Positions 1 to 8,016 of a stretch of DNA of 64,000 nucleotides are shown here, in pieces. Made by a program: the position numbers and the translations under genes. Source of the stretch: Acidimicrobiales bacterium (GTDB lineage: Bacteria > Actinomycetota > Acidimicrobiia > Acidimicrobiales > RAAP-2). How positions within the stretch are numbered: position 1 is the stretch's first letter; every line of letters begins with the position of its first letter. Below the pieces are notes generated by a model. That model was given only the letters and a program-made list of their open reading frames with translations. It was not told the origin of the DNA and did not search any database. The stretch spans positions 2,657 to 66,656 of the forward strand of contig JBEKOI010000007.1 of assembly GCA_049521915.1 (NCBI GenBank), given 5' to 3'.

Positions 1-426
1 GGGATGGTGGAGCACCCCGGTGGCGGCGATGACCACGTCGACCACGTCGTGGTGCCCGGAGGCCGTCGTCACGGTCCACCGTCCCTCCGAGAAGGCGCAG
101 CGGACGACCGGATCGCCGAAGCGGATCCGGGGCATGACGCCCCGATCCTCGGCGACCTGCTGGAGGTAGGCGCGGATCTCGGAACCGGGGGAGAAGCGGT
201 GGCTCCATTCCGGGGTGGGGGCGAAGGAGTAGGAGTACAGGTGCGAAGGGACATCGCACGACAGTCCCGGATAGGTGTTCTCCCGCCAGGTCCCACCCAC
301 GCCCTCGGCCTTCTCGTAGACCGTGAAATCGGTGAGGCCCGCCTCGGCCAGTCGGACGGCACTGAGAATTCCCGCCATACCGGCGCCGATGACCGCGCAC
401 CTCACCGGGTACTCGCTGCGAACCAT
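1..426 (-). CDS. Flavin-dependent (class B, Baeyer-Villiger/FMO-type) monooxygenase, N-terminal part; 3' end lies left of the window
   Basis: Not in the ORF track because it runs off the edge. My reverse-strand translation from ATG at 426 reads MVRSEYPVRCAVIGAGMAGILSAVRLAEAGLTDFTVYEKAEGVGGTWRENTYPGLSCDVPSHLYSYSF... This shows a GxGxxG fold followed by the GGTWxxNxYPG motif typical of this family. Confidence 0.75.
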   Translation of the reverse strand, partial: MVRSEYPVRCAVIGAGMAGILSAVRLAEAGLTDFTVYEKAEGVGGTWRENTYPGLSCDVPSHLYSYSFAPTPEWSHRFSPGSEIRAYLQQVAEDRGVMPRIRFGDPVVRCAFSEGRWTVTTASGHHDVVDVVIAATGVLHHP

Positions 427-551
427 GGGACCGAGTCCACCACACCCTGGCCGGTCGTGCGGGGGGACCGGGCCCGAGCCGGACGGCCGGTCCATCGGCC
501 CCCACCCCACCTCCTCGTCGGCCCGACCGCGGCGCGGGCTACCGTACAGCG

Positions 552-1538
552 ATGATTCCCGACCACTACACGCTCGCCGGCTCCGAAGTGTCGATTCCAC
601 CGCTCGGGGTGGGCACCTGGGCCTGGGGTGACCGCTCCACCTGGGGGATGGGAGGGTACGACACCGGCTTCACCAGGGACTCGATCAAAGAGGCGTGGGA
701 CAGCTCCATCGACGCCGGTGTGACCTTGTTCGACACCGCCGAGGTGTACGGCCGGGGGGAGAGCGAACGGATCCTCGGGGGCCTGCTGGCCGAGGACCCC
801 GTGCGGGCCGCTTCGGTCGTCGTGGCCACCAAGTTCATGCCCTCGCCCTGGAAGGTGGAGGTCCGCGGCGCACTCATGAAGTCCCTGCGGGCCTCGTTGA
901 GCCGCCTGGGCCTGCCCGCGGTCGACCTGTACCAGATCCATGGTCCCATCAGCCTCCGCTCCCATGCGGTGCTGGCCGACGCCCTGGCCGCCGCCCACCA
1001 GGCCGGCCTGGTCAAAGCGGTGGGGGTCTCGAACTACTCGGTGAAGGAGACCCGGTCGATGGCTGCGGCGCTGCAGCGCCATGGCATGCAGCTGGCTTCC
1101 AACCAGATCGAATTCTCCCTGCTCCGGCAGTCGCCGGAGACGAGCGGGTTGATCGCGGCCTGCGCGGAGCTGGGCGTCCTCCCCTTCGCGTACTCACCCA
1201 TCGGCCAGGGGAGGCTGACCGGCAAGTACTCGGCTTCGAACCCTCCTCCCGGCAAGCGCAACTTCTCCAACCATCCGATGGAGGTGGTCGACGGGATCGT
1301 CGCCGAGCTGCGTCGCATCGGCGACAAGTACGGCGGAAAGGTGCCCAGCCAGGTGGCCCTCAACTGGGTGATGGCCAAAGGTGCGGTACCGATTCCGGGC
1401 GCCAAGAACCGTCACCAGGCGGTCGAGAACGCCGGCGCCCTGGGCTGGAGCATCGACGGGGACGATCTCGCCCGGCTCGACCGCGTTGCCCTTCGCGGCA
1501 TCCAGAGCCTCCAGGGCCGTTTCTGGCAGCACGGCTGA
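552..1538 (+). CDS. Aldo/keto reductase
   Basis: 328-aa ORF. Contains LGVGTWAWG...DAGVTLFDTAEVYGRGESERILG...VVATKF...DLYQIHGP, the classic AKR motif series. Confidence 0.9.
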   Translation: MIPDHYTLAGSEVSIPPLGVGTWAWGDRSTWGMGGYDTGFTRDSIKEAWDSSIDAGVTLFDTAEVYGRGESERILGGLLAEDPVRAASVVVATKFMPSPWKVEVRGALMKSLRASLSRLGLPAVDLYQIHGPISLRSHAVLADALAAAHQAGLVKAVGVSNYSVKETRSMAAALQRHGMQLASNQIEFSLLRQSPETSGLIAACAELGVLPFAYSPIGQGRLTGKYSASNPPPGKRNFSNHPMEVVDGIVAELRRIGDKYGGKVPSQVALNWVMAKGAVPIPGAKNRHQAVENAGALGWSIDGDDLARLDRVALRGIQSLQGRFWQHG

Positions 1539-1623
1539 GTGCCGCTGGCCCTCCCCCCGGTGGTCCGGGTTCCGGTCACGCCACTACAGTCTGCAGGATC
1601 CACCGTCAAAGGAGATCCCGGCC

Positions 1624-2001
1624 ATGGACATCCGGTCGAATGAGGGCGTGGCCCCGGTCATCGAGCACAACGGCACCACTCCGGTCTGGTGGCTGGTTCC
1701 GCCACAGGAGATGCGGGACGCCACCGAAGGTGGATTCCTCGAGCTGGTCAGCGAGTGGGAGATCGCCGGCGGCGGAGCCGTCGAGGCGCACTCCCACCCG
1801 ACCCACGAGTTCTATTACATCCTGGCCGGCCACGGGATCATGAAGATCGCCGACGAGGAACAAGAGGTCCACACCGGTGACCTCGTGTACACACCACCGG
1901 ACACCACCCACAGCATCTGGCCGGCGAGCAAGAACGCCCCGCTCCGCGGCCTTGCCTTCGCCATCGGGACCCCGGGCTCGGGCAAGGTCGACTACAGCTG
2001 A
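1624..2001 (+). CDS. Cupin domain protein
   Basis: Internal ATG at 1624 is preceded by aaggag. AHSHPTHEFYYILAGHG plus a later VYTPPDTTHS match the two cupin metal-binding motifs. The 1381 start of the tracked ORF reads as out-of-context Arg/Ser-rich sequence. Confidence 0.75.
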   Translation: MDIRSNEGVAPVIEHNGTTPVWWLVPPQEMRDATEGGFLELVSEWEIAGGGAVEAHSHPTHEFYYILAGHGIMKIADEEQEVHTGDLVYTPPDTTHSIWPASKNAPLRGLAFAIGTPGSGKVDYS

Positions 2002-2009
2002 CCTGTGCG

Positions 2010-2873
2010 ATGAGCCCCGACCAATCCACGGCGGACACCGTTCCCGCCCTCGTCCTGAACGACGGCCACCCCATCCCACAACTCGGGTTCGGGGTGTTCC
2101 AGATCCCGCCGCCCGATACCGAGGCCGCCACCACCACGGCCCTCGGCATCGGCTACCGGCACATCGACACCGCCGAGATGTACCAGAACGAGAAAGGGGT
2201 CGGACTGGCCGTCGCCCGATCGGATCTCGACCGGTCCGAGGTGTTCGTCACCAGCAAGCTCAACAACGGGTTCCACCGGCCCGATGACGCCCGTCGGGCC
2301 TTCGACAAGACGTTGGGCGAGCTCGGGTTCGAGTTCATCGATCTCTTCTTGATCCATTGGCCCCTGCCGACGCTCTACGACGGTGACTTCGAGTCGACTT
2401 GGGAGGTCCTGGTGGAATTCCAGGCCGACGGGCGTGCCCGGTCGATCGGGGTTTCGAACTTCCAGCCCCATCATCTCGACCGCCTCCGCACCAACAGCGA
2501 TGTCGTGCCCGCGGTGAATCAGATCGAGGTGCACCCGTATCTCACGCAGAACGACCTGCGGGCCTACGACGCCGACCACGGGATCGCCACCGAGGCCTGG
2601 TCTCCGATCGCGCAGGGCAAGGTGCTTGGTGATCCGACCATCAGGGCCATCGCCGCCGGTGTCGGGAAGACCCCCGCCCAGGTAGTGCTCCGCTGGCACA
2701 TCCAGCGCGGCGATATCGTGTTCCCGAAGTCGGTGACCACGTCACGCATGCAGGAGAATTTCGAGATCTTCGACTTCGAGCTGGCGCCCGGGGACATGGA
2801 CAGGATCACCGCGCTCAACCGGGACGAGCGTACGGGGCCGGATCCGGACACGTTCGACTACGTGCCGACCTGA
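2010..2873 (+). CDS. Aldo/keto reductase (2,5-diketo-D-gluconate reductase-like)
   Basis: 287 aa. Contains IPQLGFGVFQ...GYRHIDTAEMYQNEKGVG...FVTSKL...IDLFLIHWP...NQIEVHPYL. Confidence 0.9.
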   Translation: MSPDQSTADTVPALVLNDGHPIPQLGFGVFQIPPPDTEAATTTALGIGYRHIDTAEMYQNEKGVGLAVARSDLDRSEVFVTSKLNNGFHRPDDARRAFDKTLGELGFEFIDLFLIHWPLPTLYDGDFESTWEVLVEFQADGRARSIGVSNFQPHHLDRLRTNSDVVPAVNQIEVHPYLTQNDLRAYDADHGIATEAWSPIAQGKVLGDPTIRAIAAGVGKTPAQVVLRWHIQRGDIVFPKSVTTSRMQENFEIFDFELAPGDMDRITALNRDERTGPDPDTFDYVPT

Positions 2874-2897
2874 GCACAGGCGAGATCACACAGGGGC

Positions 2898-4292
2898 CTA
2901 TCGGCCGGGATCATCCCCGACGGGCGGAAACAGCGCGTTCGGATTGAGGACCCCGTCGGGGTCGAGCGCCTGCTTGATGGACCGGAAGGCGGAGATCTCC
3001 TCGGCCGTCCGCGACAGGTGCAGCCACCGTCTCTTGGCCGTCCCGATGCCGTGTTCGGCGCTGATGCTTCCGCCGAAGTCCCCGACCATTCGAAGCACCG
3101 CCTCGTCCACCCGGTCGTCGTCGGGGGGAAGGCCGCTGACGTTCACGTGGATGTTCCCATCCCCGACGTGCCCGAACAGCCAGGTGCGGGCGGCCGGTGC
3201 CACGGCACGGACCACCCCGGGGATCCGGTCGATGAAGTCGGCCAGCATCCCGAGGGACACGGTCACGTCCAGCTTGTGTGGCGGCCCGAGGGTGTTGACG
3301 GCCTCGGTGTGGGCCTCGCGGTAGCGCCACAGCTCGGCCCGCCGGCCGGAATCGGTGGCCACCACGGCGTCGGACACGAAGTCGATCGAGGCCGTCGCCT
3401 CGGCCAGGGCCTCCGTCGGGTCGGCGTGGTCGGCCGCCTCGACGAGCAGGTAGACGGGGTGGGGTGCGGGGAACGGCATCCCCATTCCGGTGACCGCGCA
3501 CACCAGCTCGAGACCGGGCGCCAGAAACAGCTCGGCCGCCTCCAGCGAGGGAAGCGCCCGGCGGAGGGACACCGATGCATCGAGCGCGGTGGCCACGGTG
3601 GCAAAGGCCAGCACGGCGACCGTCCGGCACGGCAGGGAAGGGACGAGGCGCAGCCGGGCCGCGGTCACCACTGCGAGCGTGCCCTCGCTCCCGCACACCA
3701 GGCCGGGCAGGTGGTAGCCCGTGTTGTCCTTGATCAGCCCGCCGAGGTGGGACACGACCGCCCCCGTTCCGAGCACGGCTTCCACCCCGAGCACCTGTGC
3801 CCGGGTGTCCCCGTAGCGCAGGACGTGTGTCCCACCGGCGTTGGTGGCGACCATCCCACCGACGGTCGCCGATTCGCGGCTGGCCAGATCGATCCCGTAC
3901 GCCCAGCCGGCGGACCCGGCGGTCCGGTGCAGCGTGGAGAGCACGACGCCGGCACCCGCGGTGACCTGACCGGACAGGGTGTCGACCGGTTCGAGTGCCT
4001 GCAGGCGCCGGAGGCTGAGCACGACCTCGTCATGCAGAGGAACGCCGCCGCCCACCAGTCCGGTGTTCCCGCCCTGGGGCACCAGGGGGACGCCGAGCTC
4101 CCGGCAGGCGAGGACCACCCCGGCAACCTCTTCGGTGGAGCCCGGCCTGACCACGGCGGCCGAGCGTCCCCCGAACCGCCCCGTCCAGTCCGTCGTGTAC
4201 GAGGCCATGACATCGGGATCGACGATCACCTGCTCACCGACGATTTCGCCCAGCCGATCGACGATCTCATGTTGCCCGGCCATGATCACCAC
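2898..4292 (-). CDS. FAD-binding oxidase (GlcD / D-lactate dehydrogenase family)
   Basis: 464 aa. Has an N-terminal FAD-binding PCMH-type region (VVRPGSTEEVAGVVLACRELGVPLVPQGGNTGLVGG) and a C-terminal FAD-oxidase_C-like end (GSISAEHGIGTAKR...DPDGVLNP). Confidence 0.85.
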   Translation of the reverse strand: MVIMAGQHEIVDRLGEIVGEQVIVDPDVMASYTTDWTGRFGGRSAAVVRPGSTEEVAGVVLACRELGVPLVPQGGNTGLVGGGVPLHDEVVLSLRRLQALEPVDTLSGQVTAGAGVVLSTLHRTAGSAGWAYGIDLASRESATVGGMVATNAGGTHVLRYGDTRAQVLGVEAVLGTGAVVSHLGGLIKDNTGYHLPGLVCGSEGTLAVVTAARLRLVPSLPCRTVAVLAFATVATALDASVSLRRALPSLEAAELFLAPGLELVCAVTGMGMPFPAPHPVYLLVEAADHADPTEALAEATASIDFVSDAVVATDSGRRAELWRYREAHTEAVNTLGPPHKLDVTVSLGMLADFIDRIPGVVRAVAPAARTWLFGHVGDGNIHVNVSGLPPDDDRVDEAVLRMVGDFGGSISAEHGIGTAKRRWLHLSRTAEEISAFRSIKQALDPDGVLNPNALFPPVGDDPGR

Positions 4293-4347
4293 TCTGCCCG
4301 ACGCCCGCCGCCGGTGCGGCCCGGAAGGTCGAACCGGCTCTTGGTTC

Positions 4348-5244
4348 CTACGTCCCCTGGCCGGATCGATTCCGGGTTCCGGGCCACCTGCGCCACCATG
4401 GTCGCGGTGGCGCTTCGAACTCGACCGGTTCGTCCGTCAACCAGAAGCTGTCCAGCGTGGTCGGCGGCGGCGCCGACTGCCACCAGTGGCGTCGGGGCGG
4501 TTCGGGTTCAGGCTGGACGAGGCCCTCCCGCGACCACAGGCTGTTCAAGGCGGTGCGTGGCGGGGCCCCGGGATCTGCGGCTGCCACCGCCGGGGCCTCG
4601 GGAGCTCCGGCCGTCACCGCCGGGGCCTCGGGAGCTCCGGCCGTCACCGCCGGGGCCTCGGATGTCGGTTCGGCCAGCCTGGCCGTGGTGCCGCCCATGA
4701 GGATGGCGCGGAGCGAGCTGAGATCGTCGTCCTTGGCCGCGATCACCCGCTCCCGCTCGCGGGCCTCGGCCTCGGCCACTTCGGCCCGGATCTGGAGCGC
4801 GGCGATCTGGGCTCGGAGGACTTCGACCTCGGAGAGGACGGGCACGAGCATTGGTTCGATGCGCTCGACCGGGGTGTGGGACCCGATCGGGGTGTGGGAC
4901 TCGATCGGGGTGTGGGACCCGATCGGGGTGTGGGACCCGATCGGGGTGTGGGACTCGATCGGGGTGTGGGACTCGATCGGGGTGTGGGACCCGATCGGGG
5001 TGTGGGACCCGATCGGGGTGTGGGACTCGATCGAGGTGGTGGGACCGGTCGGCGTGGGACCGGTCGGCCGGGCGGCATCCAGTTCCGAGGACGGGATGAG
5101 CCAGCGTCCCCTGCCCTTCCCCTCCTTGCGGGCGTTGGGGAACTCCCCGGCGGCGAGCCGACGTTGGATGGCGCTGCGATCGACACCGGTGGCCTCGGCA
5201 GCCTCGGTGATGGTCAGCATCGACTTGCCGTTGGCGGTGCTCAT
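4348..5244 (-). CDS. Excisionase/MerR-like helix-turn-helix protein with coding tandem repeats and a coiled-coil segment
   Basis: Start chosen at the ATG at 5244, which is preceded by ggagaggaaggg. The N-terminus SMLTITEAAEATGVDRSAIQRRLAAGEFPNARKEGKGRGRWLIPSSEL looks like an HTH_17/excisionase-type domain. It is followed by SHTPI(G/E) x9, a heptad-like EVEVLRAQIAALQIRAEVAEAEARERE segment, APEAPAVTAG x2.5 and a Trp/Pro-rich tail. Confidence 0.6.
   Translation of the reverse strand: MSTANGKSMLTITEAAEATGVDRSAIQRRLAAGEFPNARKEGKGRGRWLIPSSELDAARPTGPTPTGPTTSIESHTPIGSHTPIGSHTPIESHTPIESHTPIGSHTPIGSHTPIESHTPIGSHTPVERIEPMLVPVLSEVEVLRAQIAALQIRAEVAEAEARERERVIAAKDDDLSSLRAILMGGTTARLAEPTSEAPAVTAGAPEAPAVTAGAPEAPAVAAADPGAPPRTALNSLWSREGLVQPEPEPPRRHWWQSAPPPTTLDSFWLTDEPVEFEAPPRPWWRRWPGTRNRSGQGT
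4589..4662. repeat. 30-bp tandem repeat x2.5, coding (APEAPAVTAG)
   Basis: The unit cgccggggcctcgggagctccggccgtcac is repeated head to tail inside the same CDS. Confidence 0.9.
4871..5032. repeat. 18-bp perfect tandem repeat x9 (ggggtgtgggac[c/t]cgatc), coding
   Basis: Read directly. The units differ only at one C/T position, which encodes the G/E alternation of SHTPI(G/E) on the minus strand. One or two degenerate units follow, to about 5060. Confidence 0.95.
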
Positions 5245-5336
5245 GGACCGCGCCCTTCCTCTCCTGCACAGGGCTCCCCCACGAGCCACTGATTGACAGC
5301 ATCGTCGGATTCTGCGGAGTTCTTGAATCCGCGGTC

Positions 5337-6068
5337 ATGTCCCGGGACGAGCGCCGGGTGGCTGATCCGCTCACAGGGGAGCCGTCTGACCTGCCCCTTG
5401 ACGCTGCTCTTCCTCTGATGGCCAATCCGCTGGCGGTGGAGGGCGAACCTTTCTGGTCCGCGGAGAGTCACTATATACATGCGCACGGATTCCGCGACCT
5501 TCACGAAGGCGACTTCGGGAAGGCGAAGGGTCATCGGGACGTGAACGACCTCGAGACATGGCTCGAGGAGGGTTATCCACGCTCGTTCCGGACGGCCTGC
5601 CTGATCCTCGGCAACCGGAGCGACGCCGAGGAAGCCGTCCAGGAGGCGTTCTTGCGGGCATGGCGGTTCCGGGACTCCCTCACCAGCGGGGCCGACTTCA
5701 AGCCGTGGCTGTACCGCGTCGTCGTGAATGCGTGTAATTCGAAGCTTCGCCAGGAGATCCCCCATCGGGACCGGCGGTCGAACGACGACGGGCTCGCCGC
5801 CACGTCGTCGATCGAGGATGACCCCACCCGTGTCGCCCTCTCTCAGGACGTCGTCCGCGCCCTGCACGATCTGCCGGTGCATCTGCGGGTCGTCGTCGTA
5901 TTGCGCTACTACGCGGACCTCAGCGAGCGTGAGATCGCCACCGCCATCGGCCGGCGGCAGGGGACGGTGAAGTCGCGCCTGCACGAGGCCCGCCGGCTCC
6001 TGGCCGAGCATCCGGCGTTGCAGTCGCAGGTTCCCGGCGACCGCGCCGCATCGGAGGTGCCCGGGTGA
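5337..6068 (+). CDS. ECF-type RNA polymerase sigma-70 factor
   Basis: Region 2 (EEAVQEAFLRAWRFRDSL...KPWLYRVVVNACNSKLRQ) and region 4 (LPVHLRVVVVLRYYADLSEREIATAIGRRQGTVKSRLHEARRLL) are both present. The true start is probably internal, for example GTG at 5541 after an AT-rich tatata-like element near 5475. The longest ORF is given. Confidence 0.85.
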   Translation: MSRDERRVADPLTGEPSDLPLDAALPLMANPLAVEGEPFWSAESHYIHAHGFRDLHEGDFGKAKGHRDVNDLETWLEEGYPRSFRTACLILGNRSDAEEAVQEAFLRAWRFRDSLTSGADFKPWLYRVVVNACNSKLRQEIPHRDRRSNDDGLAATSSIEDDPTRVALSQDVVRALHDLPVHLRVVVVLRYYADLSEREIATAIGRRQGTVKSRLHEARRLLAEHPALQSQVPGDRAASEVPG

Positions 6069-7165
6069 CCATGGTCGACGAGGAAGTCCTCAGCCGCATC
6101 ATCGGTGAGGCGGCGGCGATGATCGAGGTCCCCGAAGGTGCGACCGAGGCGATCCTCCTGGCATCCCGGCCCGCCGAACCGAGGACCCGGACACGGCGCC
6201 CGCGGCCCACCTTCGCCAGCGGCAGTCGCGGTCGGAGGATTCTGGTGGCCGCCGTGGTGATCATGGTGGCGGGCGGGGTCTCGCTCTCGCTGGTGGCATC
6301 CAGGCCCGCTTCGAACGGAGGCGGTGATGCGAGCTCGGCGGGAGTCGAACGAGGAACCACATCGTCGGGCTTGGTCGCGCCGGCCCACCCGACCGCAGCT
6401 CCGTCTGCCCCACCCGCTTCCGCCGGTGGTGCGCCGGCGAGCTCCGTGCCCGCGCTCCCGCCCGGATCTGTGGGCCAGTCGGCCCGGGTCGAGGCCAGCG
6501 GTTCCATCAGTCTGACGATCGGGAACGGGAAGCTGCAGTCGGTGCTGGCCACGCTGTCCGACCTGGCCGCGGGCAAGGGGGGATTCGTGGCCAGCAGCCA
6601 GGTCCAGGTGGGCGGGGGAGGGTCAGGGACGCCATCGTCGGGCACCATCGTCCTGCGGGTCCCCCAGGCGTCCTTCGGTGCAGTGGTGTCGGAGGTGCAG
6701 CGGATCGGTCGTGCCACATCGCTCACCACGACGTCCACCGACGTCACCGGGCGGTACGTGGATCTTCAGGCCCGTATCGCCGCGCTGCAGGCCAGCCGGC
6801 AGCAGTACCTCACGATCATGGGCCAGGCCACCTCGATCGGTGACATCCTGGCCGTCCAGAGTCAGCTCGACGACCTTCAGAGTCAGCTCGAACAGCTCCA
6901 GGGCCAGCTGGCGGTGCTCGACAACGAGACCACCTACGGGACCCTCACGGTGTCGCTGGCCGAAGCCGGTCACCGGCCGGCCCCACCCCAGCCGCCGAGG
7001 ACCGGACTCGAGAACGCGTGGCACGACGGGATCGGTGGCTTCGTCTCGGGGGTCGAGTGGCTGATACGGATCGCCGGTACCACGCTCTTCGTACTGCTCT
7101 TCCTGGCCGCGCTGCTCGTTGCGGGAAGATGGGTGTGGCGGGCGTCCCGTCGTCGGATGCTGTGA
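6065..7165 (+). CDS. DUF4349-like membrane protein, putative anti-sigma partner
   Basis: Overlaps the sigma stop by 4 bp. Has one TM (ILVAAVVIMVAGGVSLSLV). The C-terminal part (RVPQASFGAVVSEVQRIGRATSLTTTSTDVTGRYVDLQARIAALQASRQQYLTIM...LDNETTYGTLTVSL plus a final TM) matches my memory of DUF4349. Confidence 0.7.
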   Translation: MTMVDEEVLSRIIGEAAAMIEVPEGATEAILLASRPAEPRTRTRRPRPTFASGSRGRRILVAAVVIMVAGGVSLSLVASRPASNGGGDASSAGVERGTTSSGLVAPAHPTAAPSAPPASAGGAPASSVPALPPGSVGQSARVEASGSISLTIGNGKLQSVLATLSDLAAGKGGFVASSQVQVGGGGSGTPSSGTIVLRVPQASFGAVVSEVQRIGRATSLTTTSTDVTGRYVDLQARIAALQASRQQYLTIMGQATSIGDILAVQSQLDDLQSQLEQLQGQLAVLDNETTYGTLTVSLAEAGHRPAPPQPPRTGLENAWHDGIGGFVSGVEWLIRIAGTTLFVLLFLAALLVAGRWVWRASRRRML

Positions 7166-7262
7166 AGGACGTTCTACTCCCGACGCCGCAGTTCACGGCT
7201 CGGCACCTCAGGCGAAGATGGGGCAGACTGGTCCCGCCCACCCATGGACGGAGGATGGCCGG

Positions 7263-7676
7263 ATGGTCTCGAAGACGACGGACGAGCTGCTGGCCGAGGT
7301 TCCCTTGTTCGCCGGGCTCTCGCGGAAGGACCTGAAGCGCGTCTCGGGGTTGGCCACACGGCTGGAACTACGCCAGGGCCGTGAGCTGACCCGCCAGGGC
7401 GACATCGGCCGCGAGTTCATCGTCGTTCTGGAGGGCACCGTCGATGTGATGATCGACGGCGAGCTGGTCAACACCTGTAACGCCGGGTCGTGCTTCGGCG
7501 AGATCGCGCTGCTCAGCGATCGACGGCGGACGGCCACGGTGGTGGCAAAGACCGATGTCGTCGTGGATGTGATCGGTCGTCAGGAGTTCTCCACGCTCCT
7601 CCAGGACCATCCCGCCATCGCCGAGCAGCTCAAGGCTGTGATGGCGGCCCATCTGGGCGAGGACGACTCCCGCTAG
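7263..7676 (+). CDS. Stand-alone cyclic-nucleotide-binding (cNMP/Crp-like) domain protein
   Basis: Internal ATG at 7263. LFAGLSRKDLKRVSGLATRLELRQGRELTRQGDIGREFIVVLEGTV...GSCFGEIALLSDRRRTATVVA is the canonical cNMP-binding fold signature. There is no DNA-binding or other output domain. Confidence 0.8.
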   Translation: MVSKTTDELLAEVPLFAGLSRKDLKRVSGLATRLELRQGRELTRQGDIGREFIVVLEGTVDVMIDGELVNTCNAGSCFGEIALLSDRRRTATVVAKTDVVVDVIGRQEFSTLLQDHPAIAEQLKAVMAAHLGEDDSR

Positions 7677-7758
7677 CCGGCGCACGCCGGCTCATCCCTC
7701 GGTCAGGGCCGGTTCCGCGGGCGGCATCCCGGTCGGGCGCCCGGACCCGCAAAACGCA

Positions 7759-7792
7759 ACGACCCCCGGGAAGAGGCCTAACCGGGGGTCGT
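7759..7792 (+). terminator. Strong GC hairpin downstream of the cNMP gene (possible terminator)
   Basis: acgacccccgg-gaagaggcctaa-ccgggggtcgt gives an 11-bp perfect stem. No T-run follows on the plus strand. The minus-strand reading is followed by tgcgttttgc. Confidence 0.3.
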
Positions 7793-8016
7793 CGAGTGGT
7801 TGGACAGACCGCCAAACTCCCCCCTGGTGTCCTGCCCATCCGCTGGCTCCAGCATGCGCCTCTTGCGGAGCCCGGCACCATCCTCAAAATTGGTGTTTTT
7901 CGGCTCCGCCCGTGCCTGGGCCTCGGGGATCCGGCCGGGCGGGTGTCGCCGATCCAACAGGGCGGGTGTCCAGCCTGTTCGCCGGACACCCACGGAAATC
8001 GCCCTATCCTCGGACC

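Noticed and set aside
3018-4700. Very long ORFs antisense or out of frame to the genes called here. Examples are 3018..4700 +, 7630..9147 -, 9485..11410 -, 13609..15399 +, 15638..17542 -, 17539..19287 -, 38173..39855 +, 44038..45399 + and 61637..63217 +.
   Set aside because: Their translations are Arg/Pro/Gly/His-rich with no recognisable motifs, which is typical of stop-poor wrong frames in ~70% G+C DNA. In each case the opposite strand or another frame carries a motif-rich protein.
4851-5099. The 18-bp repeat arrays at 4871-5032 and 51671-51855 considered as CRISPR-like arrays or as separate repeat-protein ORFs (for example 4851..5099 +, 51641..51901 +, 51651..51926 +).
   Set aside because: The units are contiguous with no spacers, are far shorter than CRISPR repeats and lie in frame inside longer CDSs on the minus strand. 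The plus-strand ORFs are mirror artefacts of the repeat.
7755-7905. Possible known small RNA (SRP/4.5S RNA, 6C RNA, 6S RNA) in the 7.7-7.9 kb intergenic region.
   Set aside because: I could not find the SRP GGAAGCAGC-type motif, and the C-runs lie in stems rather than loops, unlike 6C RNA. It is kept only as an unclassified structured region in the findings.
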